A stretch of DNA of 57,914 nucleotides from a virus (lineage: Duplodnaviria; Caudoviricetes), in IMG/VR virus record IMGVR_UViG_3300010160_004367, positions 1 to 57,914 of that record. One strand, written 5' to 3'. The translations under genes and the position numbers were made by a program. The notes under the pieces are model-generated. The model saw nothing but the letters and a program-made list of their open reading frames with translations. It searched no databases and was not told the DNA's origin. This document shows positions 18,284 to 33,700 of this stretch, in pieces; position 1 is the first letter of the stretch, and each line of letters starts with the position of its first letter.

Positions 18284-21200
18284 ATGGCAAAAACCACAAG
18301 ACAAACAGCGATATTTGGAGTAGAAGATTGGAAACAGATCTACCAAACCTACCGCGAAGCCGACTTCCAAAGCTACGACTTTGAAACTCTTCGTAAAAGT
18401 TTCATTGACTACTTGCGTTTGTATTACCCCGAAACATTCAATGACTACATTGAATCATCAGAATTTATTGCCTTGCTGGACGTCATGGCGTTTATGGGTC
18501 AGGCTCTGGCATTCCGCACAGACTTAAACACACGTGAAAACTACATAGACACAGCTGAACGACGAGACTCAGTGGTGCGCCTGGCAAATCTTGTGAGTTA
18601 CACAGCCAAACGCAACACAGCAGCAGAAGGCTTTCTCAAAGTATTCAACGTCACAACAACTGAAAATGTTGTGGACTACAACGGTGTGAATTTGGCCAAT
18701 GTCACTGTAAATTGGGCAGACCCCACCAACAATGACTGGCAAGAACAATTCACTGCCATTATCAATGCCAGCTTGGTTGACAGCCAAAAAGTGGGTCGTC
18801 CAGGCAATCGTCAAACCATATTGGGTGTGCGCACCGATGAATACGCCATCAACTTGGTTCCAGGCTTTTTGCCAGTGATTCCATACTCAGCCACAGTGGA
18901 CGGAGTCAACATGCCCTTTGAAGCCATGACATCTACCTCAGTGGGCCGAGACTATGTGTATGAACCCAGCCCTCAACCCAACACAAGTTTCAATGTGCTG
19001 TTTAGAAATGATCAACTGGGCTTCCAAAGCGCCAACACAGGATATTTCTTTTTCTTCAAGCAAGGTGTGTTACAGAATCAAGATTTTAACTTGACCGAGC
19101 GTATTTCTAATCGCACAGTGGACATCAACATTGAAGGGGTCAACAACACAGACCGTTGGTTGTTTCAACTGGATAATCTTGGCAACATTGCACAAGAGTG
19201 GGCATTTGTTGAAAACATCTATCAAGCCGCAGCTGAACGCAGCACCACATTGTTGCCAGTGTATTCAGTAACATCCAGAGCCAACGATCAAATCACCATG
19301 GTGTTTGGCGATGGTATATTTTCACAAATCCCTGTGGGCATATTCCGTGCTTATGTTCGTGCATCAAACGGATTGCAATACATTATCAATCCTGAAGAAA
19401 TGCAAAATGTTGTGTTGCCCATCAGCTACATTGACCGCAACGGCAACTTGCAAACCATCACATTTACCTGTGGTATCACACGTCCTGTAAGCAACAGCCA
19501 GGCACGTGAGCCCATTGCTGAAATCAAACAACGTGCTCCTGCTCGCTACTACACACAAAACCGCATGGTCAATGGCGAAGACTACAACTTGTTTCCATAC
19601 ACTGCTTACAATAGCATTATCAAATCAAAAGCATTGAATCGTGCATCCATTGGCACCAGTCGTTATCTTGACCTAATAGACAACACTGGCAAATACAGCT
19701 CGACCAACACTTTCTCCAGTGACGGCGGCTTGTGGAAAAACAATGTATACCCTACCATACTGTTTTCTTGGACCAATCGCAATGACATTGCTGATGTAAT
19801 AACCAATCAAGTGCAACCATCCTTAATCGGCCCAACTGTAAAACAGTTCTATTATGCAAACTTTCCTAGAGAAACTGTAAACACAGGTGCCACCGCAGGA
19901 TACACATGGAATCAAAGCACCACGCTGGCCAATGAAACCACAGGCTATTTTAGAAATACCACTACCAGTGCAACATGGCCTGATGGCACCCCTATCGCAG
20001 TCGGCGACAGCACATCTGATGTGTTCAAATACATTGTGCCAGGTGCATTGATAAAATTTGTTGCACCTACCGGCTACTATTTTGATCGCAATAACCGACT
20101 GGTTCAGGGCACACCCATGCGAGCAGATGAACGCACAGAAATTTGGGCCAGCGCACAGGCCATTGTAGGCGACGGATACAACGGTGGGCTAGGCAACTTG
20201 ACTTCAGGCGCTGGGCCTATCACGATCAACAACTTTGTGCCCACAGGTGCTATTATTGATTCAATTGTGCCTTTGTTTGTGACCGATTTGCCTAATTCAA
20301 TTCAACAACAAATGACTCAACAAATACTGTTGAATCGTCAATTTGGTCTGGGCTATGACAACGATGGATCCGTGACCGGATCGCCATACACTTGGTATTT
20401 GATCACCAGCAATAACTTGAATGTTGGAACACAAGAAAACATCACACCTTGGAGCCAACAGTATGCTGGCAACACATCTGGCGCAAATCTTGATGCGTCA
20501 TGGTTGGTGGCATTTACTGTGGAAAATCAAAACTACACAATCACATTCCGTGGACTCAGCTACTACTTTGGTAGTGTGCTACAAACACGTTTCTTCTTCT
20601 ATGAAGATCAACTGGTATACGACAGCCGCACAGGCACAATCATCAAGGACTTTGTGAATGTGCTGGCTGTGAACACTAAGCCAGACTCAACAGAGCCCTT
20701 GCCCGGCGACATCTATACCACAATCATTGGACAACCAGTAGAAAGCGACGGCTATGTAGATGACTTTCAAGTGTTGGTAAGCTATAGAGATTCAGACAAT
20801 GATGGCGTGCCAGACAATCCAGACTTTTTTAATGAAATTGTAGGGACCGCAACCAATCCTGGTTCGCTGGTGTTCTTGCAACAAACTGTGGACTTTGATA
20901 ATTTACAACGATACTTGCTGGTAGAAGAAGGTGTTGTGGTCTACGACTACGCTACCTATGATGAAATTGAATTAAACAAAACTGCCTGGACACCAGGACA
21001 GGTGTTTTATGCCTACAGTGAAGATGCATTTTATCAACTTAGTATCAACGTAGATAATGTTAGAACTATTGTGAGCGTGACAGGCTGGATTGCTAGAACA
21101 GGTCGTCAGGCATTGTATTTCCAATACCGTCACAACAGCCCACTGACCAACAGAATTGACCCAGGATCAACCAACATTATTGATTTGTATGTGGTTACAT

Positions 21201-21745
21201 TGAGTTACTATACTGCTTATCAAAATTGGTTGCGTGATACCACTGGCACAGTGATTGAGCCCGCAGTGCCCACAATTGATGAGCTATCGACTGAATACCA
21301 AGGCCTACAAGACTACAAAATGTTGAGTGACAACGTGATTGTGAACAGTGTGGCATTCAAACCATTGTTTGGTGCCAAGGCAGCACAAGAACTACGTGCC
21401 ACGATCAAAGTTATTCGTGCGCAAAATTCAACGGCCAGCACCAGCGAAATCAAAAGCAGTGTGTTGGCAGAAATGAACAACTATTTCAGCATAGACAAAT
21501 GGAATTTTGGAGACACATTCTATTTTTCAGAGTTGGCAGCATACCTCCACAGACAACTTGGAACAATCATCAGCTCAGTGGTATTAGTGCCACTGGACCA
21601 ACAAAAAAGTTTTGGCGATTTGTATGAAATTCGCAGTGCGCCCAATGAAATTTTTGCAAACGGCGCAACAATTAACAACATTGATGTAATTGAAGCATTG
21701 ACCAGTACCAACCTACGCACTGCACCAGGCAGCGGAGTAATTTAA
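18284..21745 (+). CDS. gp6: Baseplate wedge subunit, gp6-like
   Basis: YDFETLR, FNDYIESSEFIALLD..AF, RENYIDTAERRDSVVRLANLVSY, FGDGIF and EIKQRAP..Y.TQNRMVNGEDY are gp6/baseplate J family motifs. Confidence 0.88.
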   Translation: MAKTTRQTAIFGVEDWKQIYQTYREADFQSYDFETLRKSFIDYLRLYYPETFNDYIESSEFIALLDVMAFMGQALAFRTDLNTRENYIDTAERRDSVVRLANLVSYTAKRNTAAEGFLKVFNVTTTENVVDYNGVNLANVTVNWADPTNNDWQEQFTAIINASLVDSQKVGRPGNRQTILGVRTDEYAINLVPGFLPVIPYSATVDGVNMPFEAMTSTSVGRDYVYEPSPQPNTSFNVLFRNDQLGFQSANTGYFFFFKQGVLQNQDFNLTERISNRTVDINIEGVNNTDRWLFQLDNLGNIAQEWAFVENIYQAAAERSTTLLPVYSVTSRANDQITMVFGDGIFSQIPVGIFRAYVRASNGLQYIINPEEMQNVVLPISYIDRNGNLQTITFTCGITRPVSNSQAREPIAEIKQRAPARYYTQNRMVNGEDYNLFPYTAYNSIIKSKALNRASIGTSRYLDLIDNTGKYSSTNTFSSDGGLWKNNVYPTILFSWTNRNDIADVITNQVQPSLIGPTVKQFYYANFPRETVNTGATAGYTWNQSTTLANETTGYFRNTTTSATWPDGTPIAVGDSTSDVFKYIVPGALIKFVAPTGYYFDRNNRLVQGTPMRADERTEIWASAQAIVGDGYNGGLGNLTSGAGPITINNFVPTGAIIDSIVPLFVTDLPNSIQQQMTQQILLNRQFGLGYDNDGSVTGSPYTWYLITSNNLNVGTQENITPWSQQYAGNTSGANLDASWLVAFTVENQNYTITFRGLSYYFGSVLQTRFFFYEDQLVYDSRTGTIIKDFVNVLAVNTKPDSTEPLPGDIYTTIIGQPVESDGYVDDFQVLVSYRDSDNDGVPDNPDFFNEIVGTATNPGSLVFLQQTVDFDNLQRYLLVEEGVVVYDYATYDEIELNKTAWTPGQVFYAYSEDAFYQLSINVDNVRTIVSVTGWIARTGRQALYFQYRHNSPLTNRIDPGSTNIIDLYVVTLSYYTAYQNWLRDTTGTVIEPAVPTIDELSTEYQGLQDYKMLSDNVIVNSVAFKPLFGAKAAQELRATIKVIRAQNSTASTSEIKSSVLAEMNNYFSIDKWNFGDTFYFSELAAYLHRQLGTIISSVVLVPLDQQKSFGDLYEIRSAPNEIFANGATINNIDVIEALTSTNLRTAPGSGVI

Positions 21746-24700
21746 TGGCTCGCACACGATCAGTAGATTTTTTACCACAAATATTTCAGACTCCGGTCAA
21801 CAAACAGTTCTTGTCTGCCACACTAGACACGCTGGTTCAAGAACCCAAGTTCAAACAAACTCAAGGATTCATTGGCCGGACAGTGGGACCAGGTGTCAAC
21901 CCCAATGACAAGTATGTGTCAGAACTAGATAAAACTCGCCGTGACTATCAGCTTGAGCCAGGCGTTGTTAGTTTGATCCCTGACACAGACAAAATTAAAA
22001 ATGTTATAACATACCCAGGCATCAACGATGCCATTGGATTTCAAGGCGGTGATTCAACTCGTCCTGACCAACTGTATAACAGCGATTACTATGCCTGGGA
22101 TCCGTTTGTAAATTACGATGCATTCATCAACTTCAGTCAATACTACTGGTTGCCCAGTGGTCCAGATCGTGTGGATGTATACTCAACTGGAATACCAGTC
22201 AGCGAAAACTTTGTAGTCACTCGTGCCAATGGTGCATACACATTCTCTGGCCAAAATGGAACCAACCCCACCCTTGAGTTGGTTCGAGGCGGCAGTTATA
22301 CATTCCAGGTAGCACAGAATACCAAAGAAACTGTTAACTATCGTGTGTCAAATCAAAGCATCAGTGGCTATGTAATTGATCAACAGCTCAATCCCACTCT
22401 CACACTTGTGCGTGGCAACACTTATGTTTTTAACTTGAACCTCAGAGGTGACTATCCTTTTTGGATCAAAACTCAACAGGTATTGGGCACAGGAAACGCA
22501 TATGATTCAGGTGTGAGTCGCAACGGCAGTATCATTGGTCTTGTCACATTTGTTGTGCCGCAAGATGCGCCTGACACACTGTATTATGTGAGCGAAAATC
22601 AGCCCAATCTCACAGGCACATTCAATATCATCGATGCTACCCCGGGCACTGGCGATGATTTTTGGATTCAATCTTTCCCGGGCGTAGATGGAGTAAACCC
22701 GACCACACCCAATCAAGGAACCAGAAACGTATTTGGCGTAGTCAACAACGGCACTGATCTTGGCACAATCACATTTGAAGTGCCACAAAAGACTGCACAG
22801 CAATTTTACTTTAATCTAACAGATGTTGGTCCGGTTGATTTGTTGACCACTTTGGACTACAATCAAATCAACAACCAACCTTATCTTGAGTTCATTGTTG
22901 CCACTGGTGGTATTGATGGTATAACTTATCTAAACACACGCACACTGGTATTTGTCAACAGTTCAAATGATACCAACGTATATCAAATACAACTGGTCAC
23001 TGTGGACGGTATTGAATACATCAATTTGGCTCCAATTTTTACCATTGGAGTCAATGAAAAATTCAGCATACTGTACGGAATCACTTGGTCAAACTACAGC
23101 TGGTATAAAAATGCCGCAGGAATATTTGAACAAATTCCTCAACTGACAGCCAATCTTGACAGACTGTATTATCAAGATGGTTCTGATGCCAATATTTTTG
23201 GTCAGATTCGTTTGATCGAACCAGCTGACAGCACCACTCTGGATATTGCAAATGTGTTGGGCAAGAAAAGCTACACATCTCCCAATGGTGTGGCATTTTC
23301 AAATGGATTGAAAGTTCGATTCACTGGCGATGTAATACCTGCCAGCTACGGGTCAGGAACTACAGAATTCACATGCACTGCAACCATAAACGGCAGTAAT
23401 TATATTACCACTGCATCTACTGATGGTTTGTATGAAGGCGAGCAAATTGTATTTCCCAACGGCACATTGGGCGGAATTGTGTCTGGTCAAATCTACTACA
23501 TAAAATCCATATCAGCCAATCGCATACAATTTTCAATCTCAACAGTGGTTGATGGTCCTTCGGTGCTGCTAACTGCTGCGACCGGAACCATGAATGCTGT
23601 GGCCACCAGCAATCGAGAATATTATGTGGCAGGAGTTGGCACAGCAATAGAGCTGTTGCCAGTGACTGATTTTATCACACCTGAAACTTATGTGGTTGAT
23701 GCCAATGACAGCACCATTGCTTCAGAACCTGACCAGCTGGATTATCTCACAATCAGCAGAGCCAGCAAAGATCTAAATGCATGGACTCGTAGCAATCGTT
23801 GGTTTCATTTAAGTGTGATTCAAGCCTCTGCCACCTACAACAATGTTGTGGCAAGTTTTGACAACAACTATCGTGCCAAACGCCCAATCATTGAGTTCCG
23901 CTCTGATATTCGACTATACAACATGGGAACACAGGGCAAACAGCCAGTGGATGTGATTGATTTTGAACAAACCGATGCACTCAGCAATGTTCAAGGAACA
24001 ACCAGTTACAGTGTTGATGGTTATGCATTTGTTGACGGATCACGAGTGATATTTGCAGCAGACGAAGATGCCAATGTCCGCAATAAAATTTACACAGTTC
24101 AGTTCATTGATCCAGATTCATTGCCACTTACCACGGCTGGAAATTTTGCAATCAAAGCAACATACCGCATCAACACACTGGGCACAACTGATTGGAATGC
24201 AGCAGCAGGCACCACTGGCGTTACCTATGCGGTAGGCAGCACATTTGTTGCTGCCACAGCAGGATCGGGCACAGGCACCGCATACTTTGATCAACCCATT
24301 ATCAATTTGGTATTAACTGCAGACGGCAACGTGTTGTATGACGACTCAGTTGTGTGCCTTGATGGCACCAGCTTGAAAGGACTGACTTTCTGGTATGATG
24401 GAGTTTCGTGGACTGAAGCACAACAAAAAACCAAAGTGCAACAAGCACCATTGTTTGATGTGTATGACTTACAGGGTATTAGTTTCAGCAACAAAGTCAA
24501 ATATCCCAGTAGCACTTTTATTGGCAGCAAATTGTTCAGTTATGCAGTGGGAGATACTGGCATACTTGATCCTGTGTTGCAATTTCCTTTGCAATATCTC
24601 AACATCAACAACGTTGGTGACATTGTGTTTGAAAACAATTTATACAAAGACACATTTTTATACGTGCTTGACAATGTGAGTATTACATCTGACATCAGCT

Positions 24701-27700
24701 CAGGCGCGGCAAGAGAATACGCAAGCCGAACTGTGTATGAAAAACTAATTGGCTGGCAAAATGCTGTTACTACCAGCCAAGTTTATCAACAATTTAAGTT
24801 TACTTACACTGGGCAAACTCTCAAACTTGATGTGGCTGCCAACGCTGACACTGTGATACCTTCAATTAAAATTTATGTAGGATCAGCATTTCAACCACCA
24901 GAAACCTACAGTTATACCACCACAGTGGACAGCACCACAATAACTTTAAACAAAGTATATCTACCAACAGACATCATTGAAGTGCTGGTATTGAGCGATC
25001 AAGTTAGTGAAATTGGATTTTATCAAGTGCCAATCAACTTGGAGTCCAATCCGCTCAACGGTAATAGTCCAAGTTTTACTCTGGGCACAATACGCACACA
25101 CTATGAAAGTATTTGTGAAAACTTAACTGATTTATCTGGACCAGTCAACGGCGCAAACAACAGCAGAGACCTGGGCAATCTTGTGCCTTACGGTTTGGTT
25201 ATTCTGCAACAAAGCTCGCCATTGACCATGGCTGGTTATTTTTTACGCAGTGAACAATTTAATATTTTTTCTAGCTTGCAATACAACAGCCAAGAGTATT
25301 TGAAATTCAAAGGTCAAATGCTCAATGCAGTTACTCAGCAAAATTTACAATATCAAACAGCTGGACAAATACTTGACACAGCCATTGACAGTGTGATACA
25401 AGGTCGAGTTGAAACACAACCGTTCTATTGGAGTGATATGTTGCCATCTGGTGGCTCATATGTGTCTAATTCATACACTGTTTCGTATACTACCACAGCA
25501 TCTTTCCCTACACAACAGGTATACAGTTATACTTCAGCCAATTATCTTGGCATGGATGTGTATCTCAATGACACTATTTTGATTCGTGATTATGAATATG
25601 TGGTGGCTACTGATGGTCCAAGAATTACAATTACCACAACATTGAACATTGGTGATGTGGTTCGCATTCAAGAATACAGTGCAACCTATGGCAGCTTTGT
25701 GCCCAACACTCCAACCAAACTGGGACTGTATCCTGCATACCGTCCACAGTATATAGAACAAAAAACCAGCACTGGCACTGCATTGTGTATCTTAGGACAT
25801 GATGGCAGTGTCACTCGTGTGTTCAATGATGTGCGCGATGAAGTGCTATTGGAATTTGAAAAGCGTATCTACAACAATCTGAAGTTGGATGGCAACCCTG
25901 TGCCACTCACAATCTATGATGTGTTGCCTGGACAGTTTAGAACCACTGGCTACAGTATCAATGAAATCAATAGTATTTTGAGTCAAGATTTCTTGAGCTA
26001 TGTGGCATGGAACAAGTTGGATTACCGCACACAAGACTATCAAGCCAACAATGAGTTCACCTGGAACTACAGTGGCAGCGAAGGCAAATTAGATAATTCT
26101 GCATTGCCTGGCGCCTGGCGCGGCATCTATCGCTACTACTATGACACACAACAGCCTGAACTCACACCTTGGGAAATGCTAGGACTCAGCATCAAACCAG
26201 ACTGGTGGGAGACATTGTATGGCCCTGCACCATACACACAAGATAACTTGGTGTTATGGGACGATTTAGAAAATGGCCGAGTTGCTGATCCTGCTGGCGC
26301 ATATTACTTGTCTAAATTTGCAAGACCTGGACTGACATCAGTTATTCCCACTGGCACACAAGGCGAATTGTTGAGCCCGTTTGATTCAGTAGTAGGCACA
26401 TACAACGCACAAACTTTCCGCAAGAGTTGGGCGCTGGGTGATGGCAGTCCCACTGAAGCATCGTGGTGGAATTCAAGCGCATATCCATTTGCTGTGATGC
26501 GCCTGTTGGCACTAACCCGTCCAGCCAAATTCTTTGCGCTGTTTGCCGACAGAGATTTGTATAAATTTAACACAGAGTTAAATCAATATCTTTATAATGA
26601 CCGTTATAGAATCAATGCCAAAGACATTGAAGTCTACGGCAATGGTGTCAGCAAAGCCAGTTATATTGATTGGATAGTAGATTACAATCGTCAAAGTGGC
26701 CTCAACAGCACCTCTGAACTCACTGCTGACCTTGACGCACTTGATGTTCGTTTGTGTTATCGGATGGCCAGTTTTAGTGACAAACAATACATCAAAATTT
26801 ACACTGAAAAATCCAGCCCCAATTCTGTCAACACAACACTGTTGATACCTGACGAAAGTTACAATCTAGTGTTGTATAAAAATCAACCGTTTGACCGTGT
26901 TGGTTATTCATCAGTTGTGGTGCAAAAAACAGCTGGCGGTTATGCTGTGTTTGGTTACAGCAAAACACAACCATTTTTCAACACAATTGGCAGCCAATAC
27001 ACCGGACAATTACAAACATTCACATCAGGCGGTATCACCGTACAGGTGCCCACGTTCTATACCAATCAGGTTGTGCAAGTTCCTTACGGCAATGTGTTTG
27101 CCAACGAAACCGCAGTGAGTGCATTTTTGTTAAGCTATGGCGAATACCTAGAACGCCAAGGATTGGCGTTTGATGATGCCACCAATGGATATATTCTGAC
27201 CTGGGGGCAAATGGTCAATGAATTCCTATACTGGAGTCAGCAAGGCTGGGACGAAAACTCTTTGATCAATTTGAATCCATTGGCATTCAAACTCAGTGTG
27301 ACAAAACCACAAGCAGTGATCGATAGTATTGTTGCTCAAACAAGTGAAAACATTTTGTTGGATCAGAACAATCGTGAATTGCCTACACGTAATCTAATTA
27401 TTACTCGACTAGACAACACATTCACTGTTGAACCTGCCACAGATCAAACATTGAGCAATATAGATCTCAAATACACCAGCTACGAGCACATGATTGTGTT
27501 GAACAACACCAGTGCGTTTGGTGATTTGATTTATCAACCCATAACTGGCGCACGTCAAAGTAGACTGAATTTGATTGCATACACCAGCACTGAGTGGAAC
27601 GGCAGTGTGGATGCGCAAGGATTTATTTTAAATCAAAACAACATCAAAGAATGGGATCCGTATACCACATACGCCAAAGGCGAAATTGTTTTGTATAAGG

Positions 27701-30700
27701 GTGCATATTGGAGTGCTGCCGAAATAGTTCAGCCTAGTGAATTGTTCAATGCCAACAACTGGTATCAAAGTGACTACACTAGAATTGAGCTTGGACTGTT
27801 GCCCAACTTGGCCAACAAGGCGGACCAGTTGATAAACAGTTACAATATCAACACAGCCAATCTTGAAACTGACAACGACTTGTTGAGTTTTGGCTTGATT
27901 GGATTTACTCCTCGCCAATACATGACAGCATTGAATCTTGATGATGTCAGCCAGCTCAATGTATACCGCCAATTCCTGGGCAGCAAAGGCACAATTCTCA
28001 GTGCTGAGTTATTCTCAAAAGTAAACCTTGGAAAAGAAACTGGCGACTATACCATTTACGAAAACTGGGCAGTACAACGTGCAGTGTATGGTGCCAATGC
28101 CAATCGCAGCTTGGTGCAGTTTAGGTTGAATCGTGCATTGTTGAGCAGTAATCCTAGCCTGGTGCAAGTGATTGACCCTGGGCAAGTCAGCCAAGCAGAT
28201 CAAACCATATTTTTAAATGAAATCTGGCGCCAAAGTTATCGCTTGACCAGTCCCAACATATTGCCTACTACTACCACTGTGCCCACGGATACTGCTTTGC
28301 CTTCGGCAGGATATGTTAATGTCAACGATGCCGACATCACAGTATTTGATATCAACAATACCGACAGCTTGGCTGCAAACATTGATGCAATTGAAGTTGG
28401 CACAACCATCTGGGTGGCAAAAACCAATGTCTATGACTGGGACATTTATCGAGCCGCAGCAGTGCCCGGAATCATTGCACACGTTTGTGACAATTTAGAC
28501 GGCACCAGTTTGGTAATTTTCTCCCAACAACATGGACTCAGTGTTGGTGAAAAATTAATTATCAAGTTCTTTGACGCTGAAGTCAATGGGGTATACGATG
28601 TAATCAGTGTTGTGAGTTTGGAAAAAATTACCATCGCATTTAGTTTTGTGGGCAATAGAACTGTGGTGGACGGAACTGGCATTGGCTTTACACTGGCCAC
28701 ACAGCGTGTGGCTCAAGCCAGTGACATCATCAACTTGCCATATGCCAATACCTTGCAACCTGGTGCCAAAGTCTGGGTTGACAACAACGGTGCTGGCCTG
28801 TGGGAAACTTTACAAAAAGAAGAAGTATTCACGCAGTTGACTGAACTAGCACCAGTGTTGAACGATGTGAATCAGCAATACGGATCTAGTGTTGCACAGT
28901 CAAGAGATAAATTCTCTGCACTGGCAGGAAGTCCAAGATATCGATTCCCTGCAGGTGCTACACTGTGGAACGTTGCCAACAGTTATGCTGAAGATTCTAT
29001 TGTGTATATTGTAGATCCTTATCAAACTGAGTTTTTCCAAGCATCACAACCAGTGCCACAAGGCATAGATATTTTCAACGTCACATACTGGACTCCGTAT
29101 TCATTGACTTCGCTGCCAACAAAAGGTGGCGTGTATGTGTATGTCAAGAGCACCAATAGCAATCAATATGTCCCTGTTAGTCCATTGGTTGCAGGTGATG
29201 CTGTGCTTACACTAGATGTGACCGGAGTGCGAAGTTACGGCACCGCGGTTGACTTTGGCAACAAAGCCTGGGCAGTTGCTGGGGCTCCGGGTAGTTTGGG
29301 ATCACTGGGACAAGCCGACAACGGATATGCTTGTGTGATTTATCTAGCACCTGATCTTGGAACACCTGACACCATTCCTTACGGACAATGGCAGTTGCTG
29401 ACCACACCAGACAGTGTGTCAGTTGACCAGGGAGAATTTGGTTACAGTGTGGCCATGAGCCTGGATGAACGTTGGATGTATATTGGTGCACCCGGAGTGA
29501 ACAAGGTATACGCCTATGGTCGTGTGGATTGGGAAAATCAAGTTCTTAACTTGTATGGCGATGGCGAAACCACAGTGTATGGCATCAGCAGCATGATACA
29601 AATTGACACTGCCACACAACTAGAAGTTCTAGTGGGCGGTGCAGAGCAAGTATTAAATGTTGATTACACAGTTGACAATGCATTTACCAACGTTACATTT
29701 TTTACAGCGCCGACCGAAGGCGACGCATTGCAAATCAAACGCACCAGTCGCAAGCTCCTGGACTACGGCACATATTATGGTGTGACACAAACCAGCACCA
29801 GTGGCAGTGGAGTCAATGCTGAATTTACCATCATTCGTCAACGCAACGAAGTTGGTCAAGGCAATGCACCTGCTGCCACAGTGGGCTTGGTAGCAGTCAG
29901 CAGCGCAGGCTCGAGTTATGCTGTGGGCAACACTGTGACATTTGCCTACACCAAATTTGGTGGAGCATTGGTCAATGGCAGCATTGTGTTGACCATCACC
30001 AGTGTGAATGGGTCTGGTGGTATCACAGGATTTTCAACTTTTTACAATCCCTCAGTGTTAACTACTGTGTTTAGTTTGAATGAGTATTTCTTCACTGCCA
30101 CTAACATCTACAGCTTCTCAGTCTTGGTTGATGAAGTTCTACAGCGTCCCAACATTGATTACACATTTGATTCTGGGACACAAGATTTGACTTTTGTCAA
30201 CAGTCCAGCTAGAGGATCCAGTATTCTCATACGTGCTGAAGGATATTTTGAATATGTAGACACGCTCACTGATCCAACATTGGGAGTCACGGATCAGTTT
30301 GGTTACTCAGTTAGCACCAGCACAGATGGACGTCAAGTCATAATTGGCACACCGTACAGCACACAAGATGGCGAAGTTGCTGCTGGGTCTGTGTATGTGT
30401 TTGATCGCAATGTGCAAAAATTTATCTACGGAACTGATCCCAGCAGTGTGAGTTTTGCACTACTGGGTTCTGTCACTGAACCAGTCAGTGTGTTGGTAAA
30501 TGGCACATTCTTGATCAATGAAGAAAATTCTGTATTAGACGCTGCCAACACATTCACAGTGTCAGGACCCACTGTCACAATCAATGCTGATTTGATGGTA
30601 GGCGATATTATTGAAATTGAAACCAATCAATTTACACAAGTACAAAAAATTACACAAAGTACAGCCGAACCCGCAGCTCATTTTGGACAAGCTGTTGATC

Positions 30701-33700
30701 TTTGCAGTTATAATTGTAGTTTGTATGCTGGCGCACCCAACAGCAGTGTGCAAGAATTTCATGGAGGTATTGTAGAACGCAACGTCAATCAAAGTCGTGC
30801 ATTTGGTATCATCACAGCCACTGTGGCCAATCCTGTGTTGACCAGTACAGGTAACACACTTCGTGTTAATGACATTGATGTTGCGGTCCCTGCCAGCCCC
30901 AATAATACCGTTGCTGGCCTGGCCGAAGCCATCAATGCCGCGGTGCCCAATGTTGAAGCCACAGTCAGTGTTGCAGGTTACCTGACCATAGCAGTTAAAA
31001 ATTCAGCAGCCGCAGCAGTGGGTAACAAACTACAGGTTGCACCAGGCAGTGCGGGAGGGGAAGTTACTTTTACTGAGCTTGGATTTGAAACTTTTGTCTA
31101 CACACAAACAATTTTGAGTCCTTATCCACAGACTTATGCACAATTTGGCGCCAGCCTCAGCATTGATGATTCAGCAGTGAATCTAGTGGTTGGTTCACCA
31201 AACGGCACCATGTATATTCCCACAGACTTTGACAATTATACAGCATTGTGGGATGCAGGCGCAACAGAATTTTTTGACCTGCTGTTCCAAAGCGGAACTG
31301 TTTACACTTACGATTTGTTACCAAGTTCATCCAGCTCTGTCAGCAACCCTGACAAGTTTGTGTTTGGTCAGCAAATTGTCAATACTGATATTGCACCGTA
31401 TGACCAATACGGCACTTCTGTAAGTTATGTCAGTGGTGTGTTGTTGTCAGGTGCGCCAGGCAACGAGCGTGACGACAGCACAATGAGCGCCAACTATGGC
31501 CGTGTGTTTGTGAGTGAAAACCCCAACCGTGTGCCAGCTTGGACAGTGCTGACAGTAGAACAACCTGTGGTAGATATCAGACTGTTGAATTCTGTGTATG
31601 CTTACGACAGAATCACTTCTGCCACAGCTGAGTATTTTGATTTCTTTAACCCACTACAAGGAAAAATCCTTGGCGCAGCTCGACAGAATCTAGATTACAT
31701 TGGTGGACTTGATCCAGCCAGTTACAACGTGGGTCCAGTGAACATTAGAGGAACTACCTGGGGCTCAGCACATGTGGGCGAAACTTGGTGGGATACCAGC
31801 ACTGTGAGATTCATTGACCCCAATCAAGATGACATTGTGTATGCCAGCCGTCGTTGGGGACAGCTATTCCCTGGCAGCACAGTGGATGTGTATCAATGGA
31901 TTGTGAGTGACGTTGCGCCAGCAAACTATGTTGGACCAGGTATTCCCCACAACACATTGAGCTATGCAATCAACACTGTGTTAACACAAACTGGCACATT
32001 TGTAACAGAGTATTATTTCTGGGTTCGTGGATTGACCACAACTGCCACACAAAAAGGCAAAACTTTACCAATCAGCACAGTGGCCAATTACATCGAAGAT
32101 CCTCGAGCCAGCGGTATTGCGTATGTTGCTCCTATCAATGCCAGCACCATTGCACTTTACAATGCAGCTGATTACATTGTGGCACAAGACACCATTCTCA
32201 GTATTGAATTTGATCGCGAAGCCACTGACAGCAATGTTCACGTTGAATACGAATTGGTGCCACAAGACAAAGCAGATGGTTGGATCAGCAGCAACTTGTA
32301 TCGCAAATTACAAGACAGCTTTTGTGGAGTCGACACATCGGGCAACCTAGTGCCTGACGTTAACCTTGGACCAGCAGAACGCTACGGAGTGCAATTCCGT
32401 CCACGTCAAAGCATGTTCATTGACAGATATGCTGCACTGAAAAATTATCTCACAAGAGCAAACACTGTGCTTGCAAGATATCCTGTGACTGAAAATCGCA
32501 CGTTTATTTTGCTCAACAGTCAAGAGCCTGAACCCAGTGCATCTTCTGGTGAATGGAACAAACGTGTGGCCAATCTTGAAATCTTGGGCTTCCAGGACAT
32601 TTATGCAGTGCCTGTAGGCTACAAGTATCTGGTAGATTCAGACAGTAGAAATCGCGGACTTTGGACCATTTACACAGTGGGCACCACGTCAACCTCAGCT
32701 GGAGTTATCAGATCACTCACTCTGACTCGAGTGCAAAACTATGACACTCGTCAGTATTGGAGTTATGTTGACTGGTATCTACCAGGCTACAACACCAGCT
32801 CACAGATTATTACCACTGTGCCAAATTACGCTGGACTTGGATTCTTGGACTTGCCAGTTGGTAGCAGTGTCAAAGTTCTTGCAAACACACAAAACAAGTA
32901 TGAAATTTATATTCGTACACTGACTGGATGGGATCGTGTTGGATTGCAAGATGGCACCATTGAATTTTCTGCAACACTATGGGATTATGCATTGGGACGA
33001 TTTGGATATGACGTAGAAGTGTTTGATGCACAGTATTTTGATCAGGAACCCGTGATTGAAACACGCAAGATCATACAAGCCATCAATGAAGAATTGTTTG
33101 TTGATGATTTGTTAATTGAACGCAATCGCAGTTTGACATTGATGTTTAACTTCGTGCTCAGCGAATTCTCAGCACCTGGATGGTTGATCAAAACCAGCTT
33201 GATTGATGTTGAGCATAGAATTCGTAGCTTGCTTCCATATCAAAACTACACACAAGACAACCAAGAGTTTGTGTTGGATTACATCCAAGAAGTCAAACCT
33301 TATCATGTTCAAGTCAAAGAATTTAATTTGATCTACAACGGCTTCAATGAGTGGTTTGGTGACATGACTGACTTTGATTTGCCAGCATACTACAACTCCA
33401 GTTTGGAGGTTCCACAATATACCAGTCCCATATTGTTGCCTTACAATCATGGCAACGCAGTGGGATCAACATCCAACAAATTGAGTGATTTGCCCAGCGA
33501 CTCTACTGTGTGGGCTAGTTGGCCATACAATCAATGGTTTGGCAATTACACGTTGAGTGTTGACAGTGTGGCAGTGGTTGCTGGCGGAACAGGGTATACA
33601 ACACCACCAACCGTGGTATTCACAGGCAATGCTATTGTTCCGGCTCAAGCAGTTACAGTGCTAAACAGTCAAGGCGAAGTGGTTGCAGTGAATGTAACTT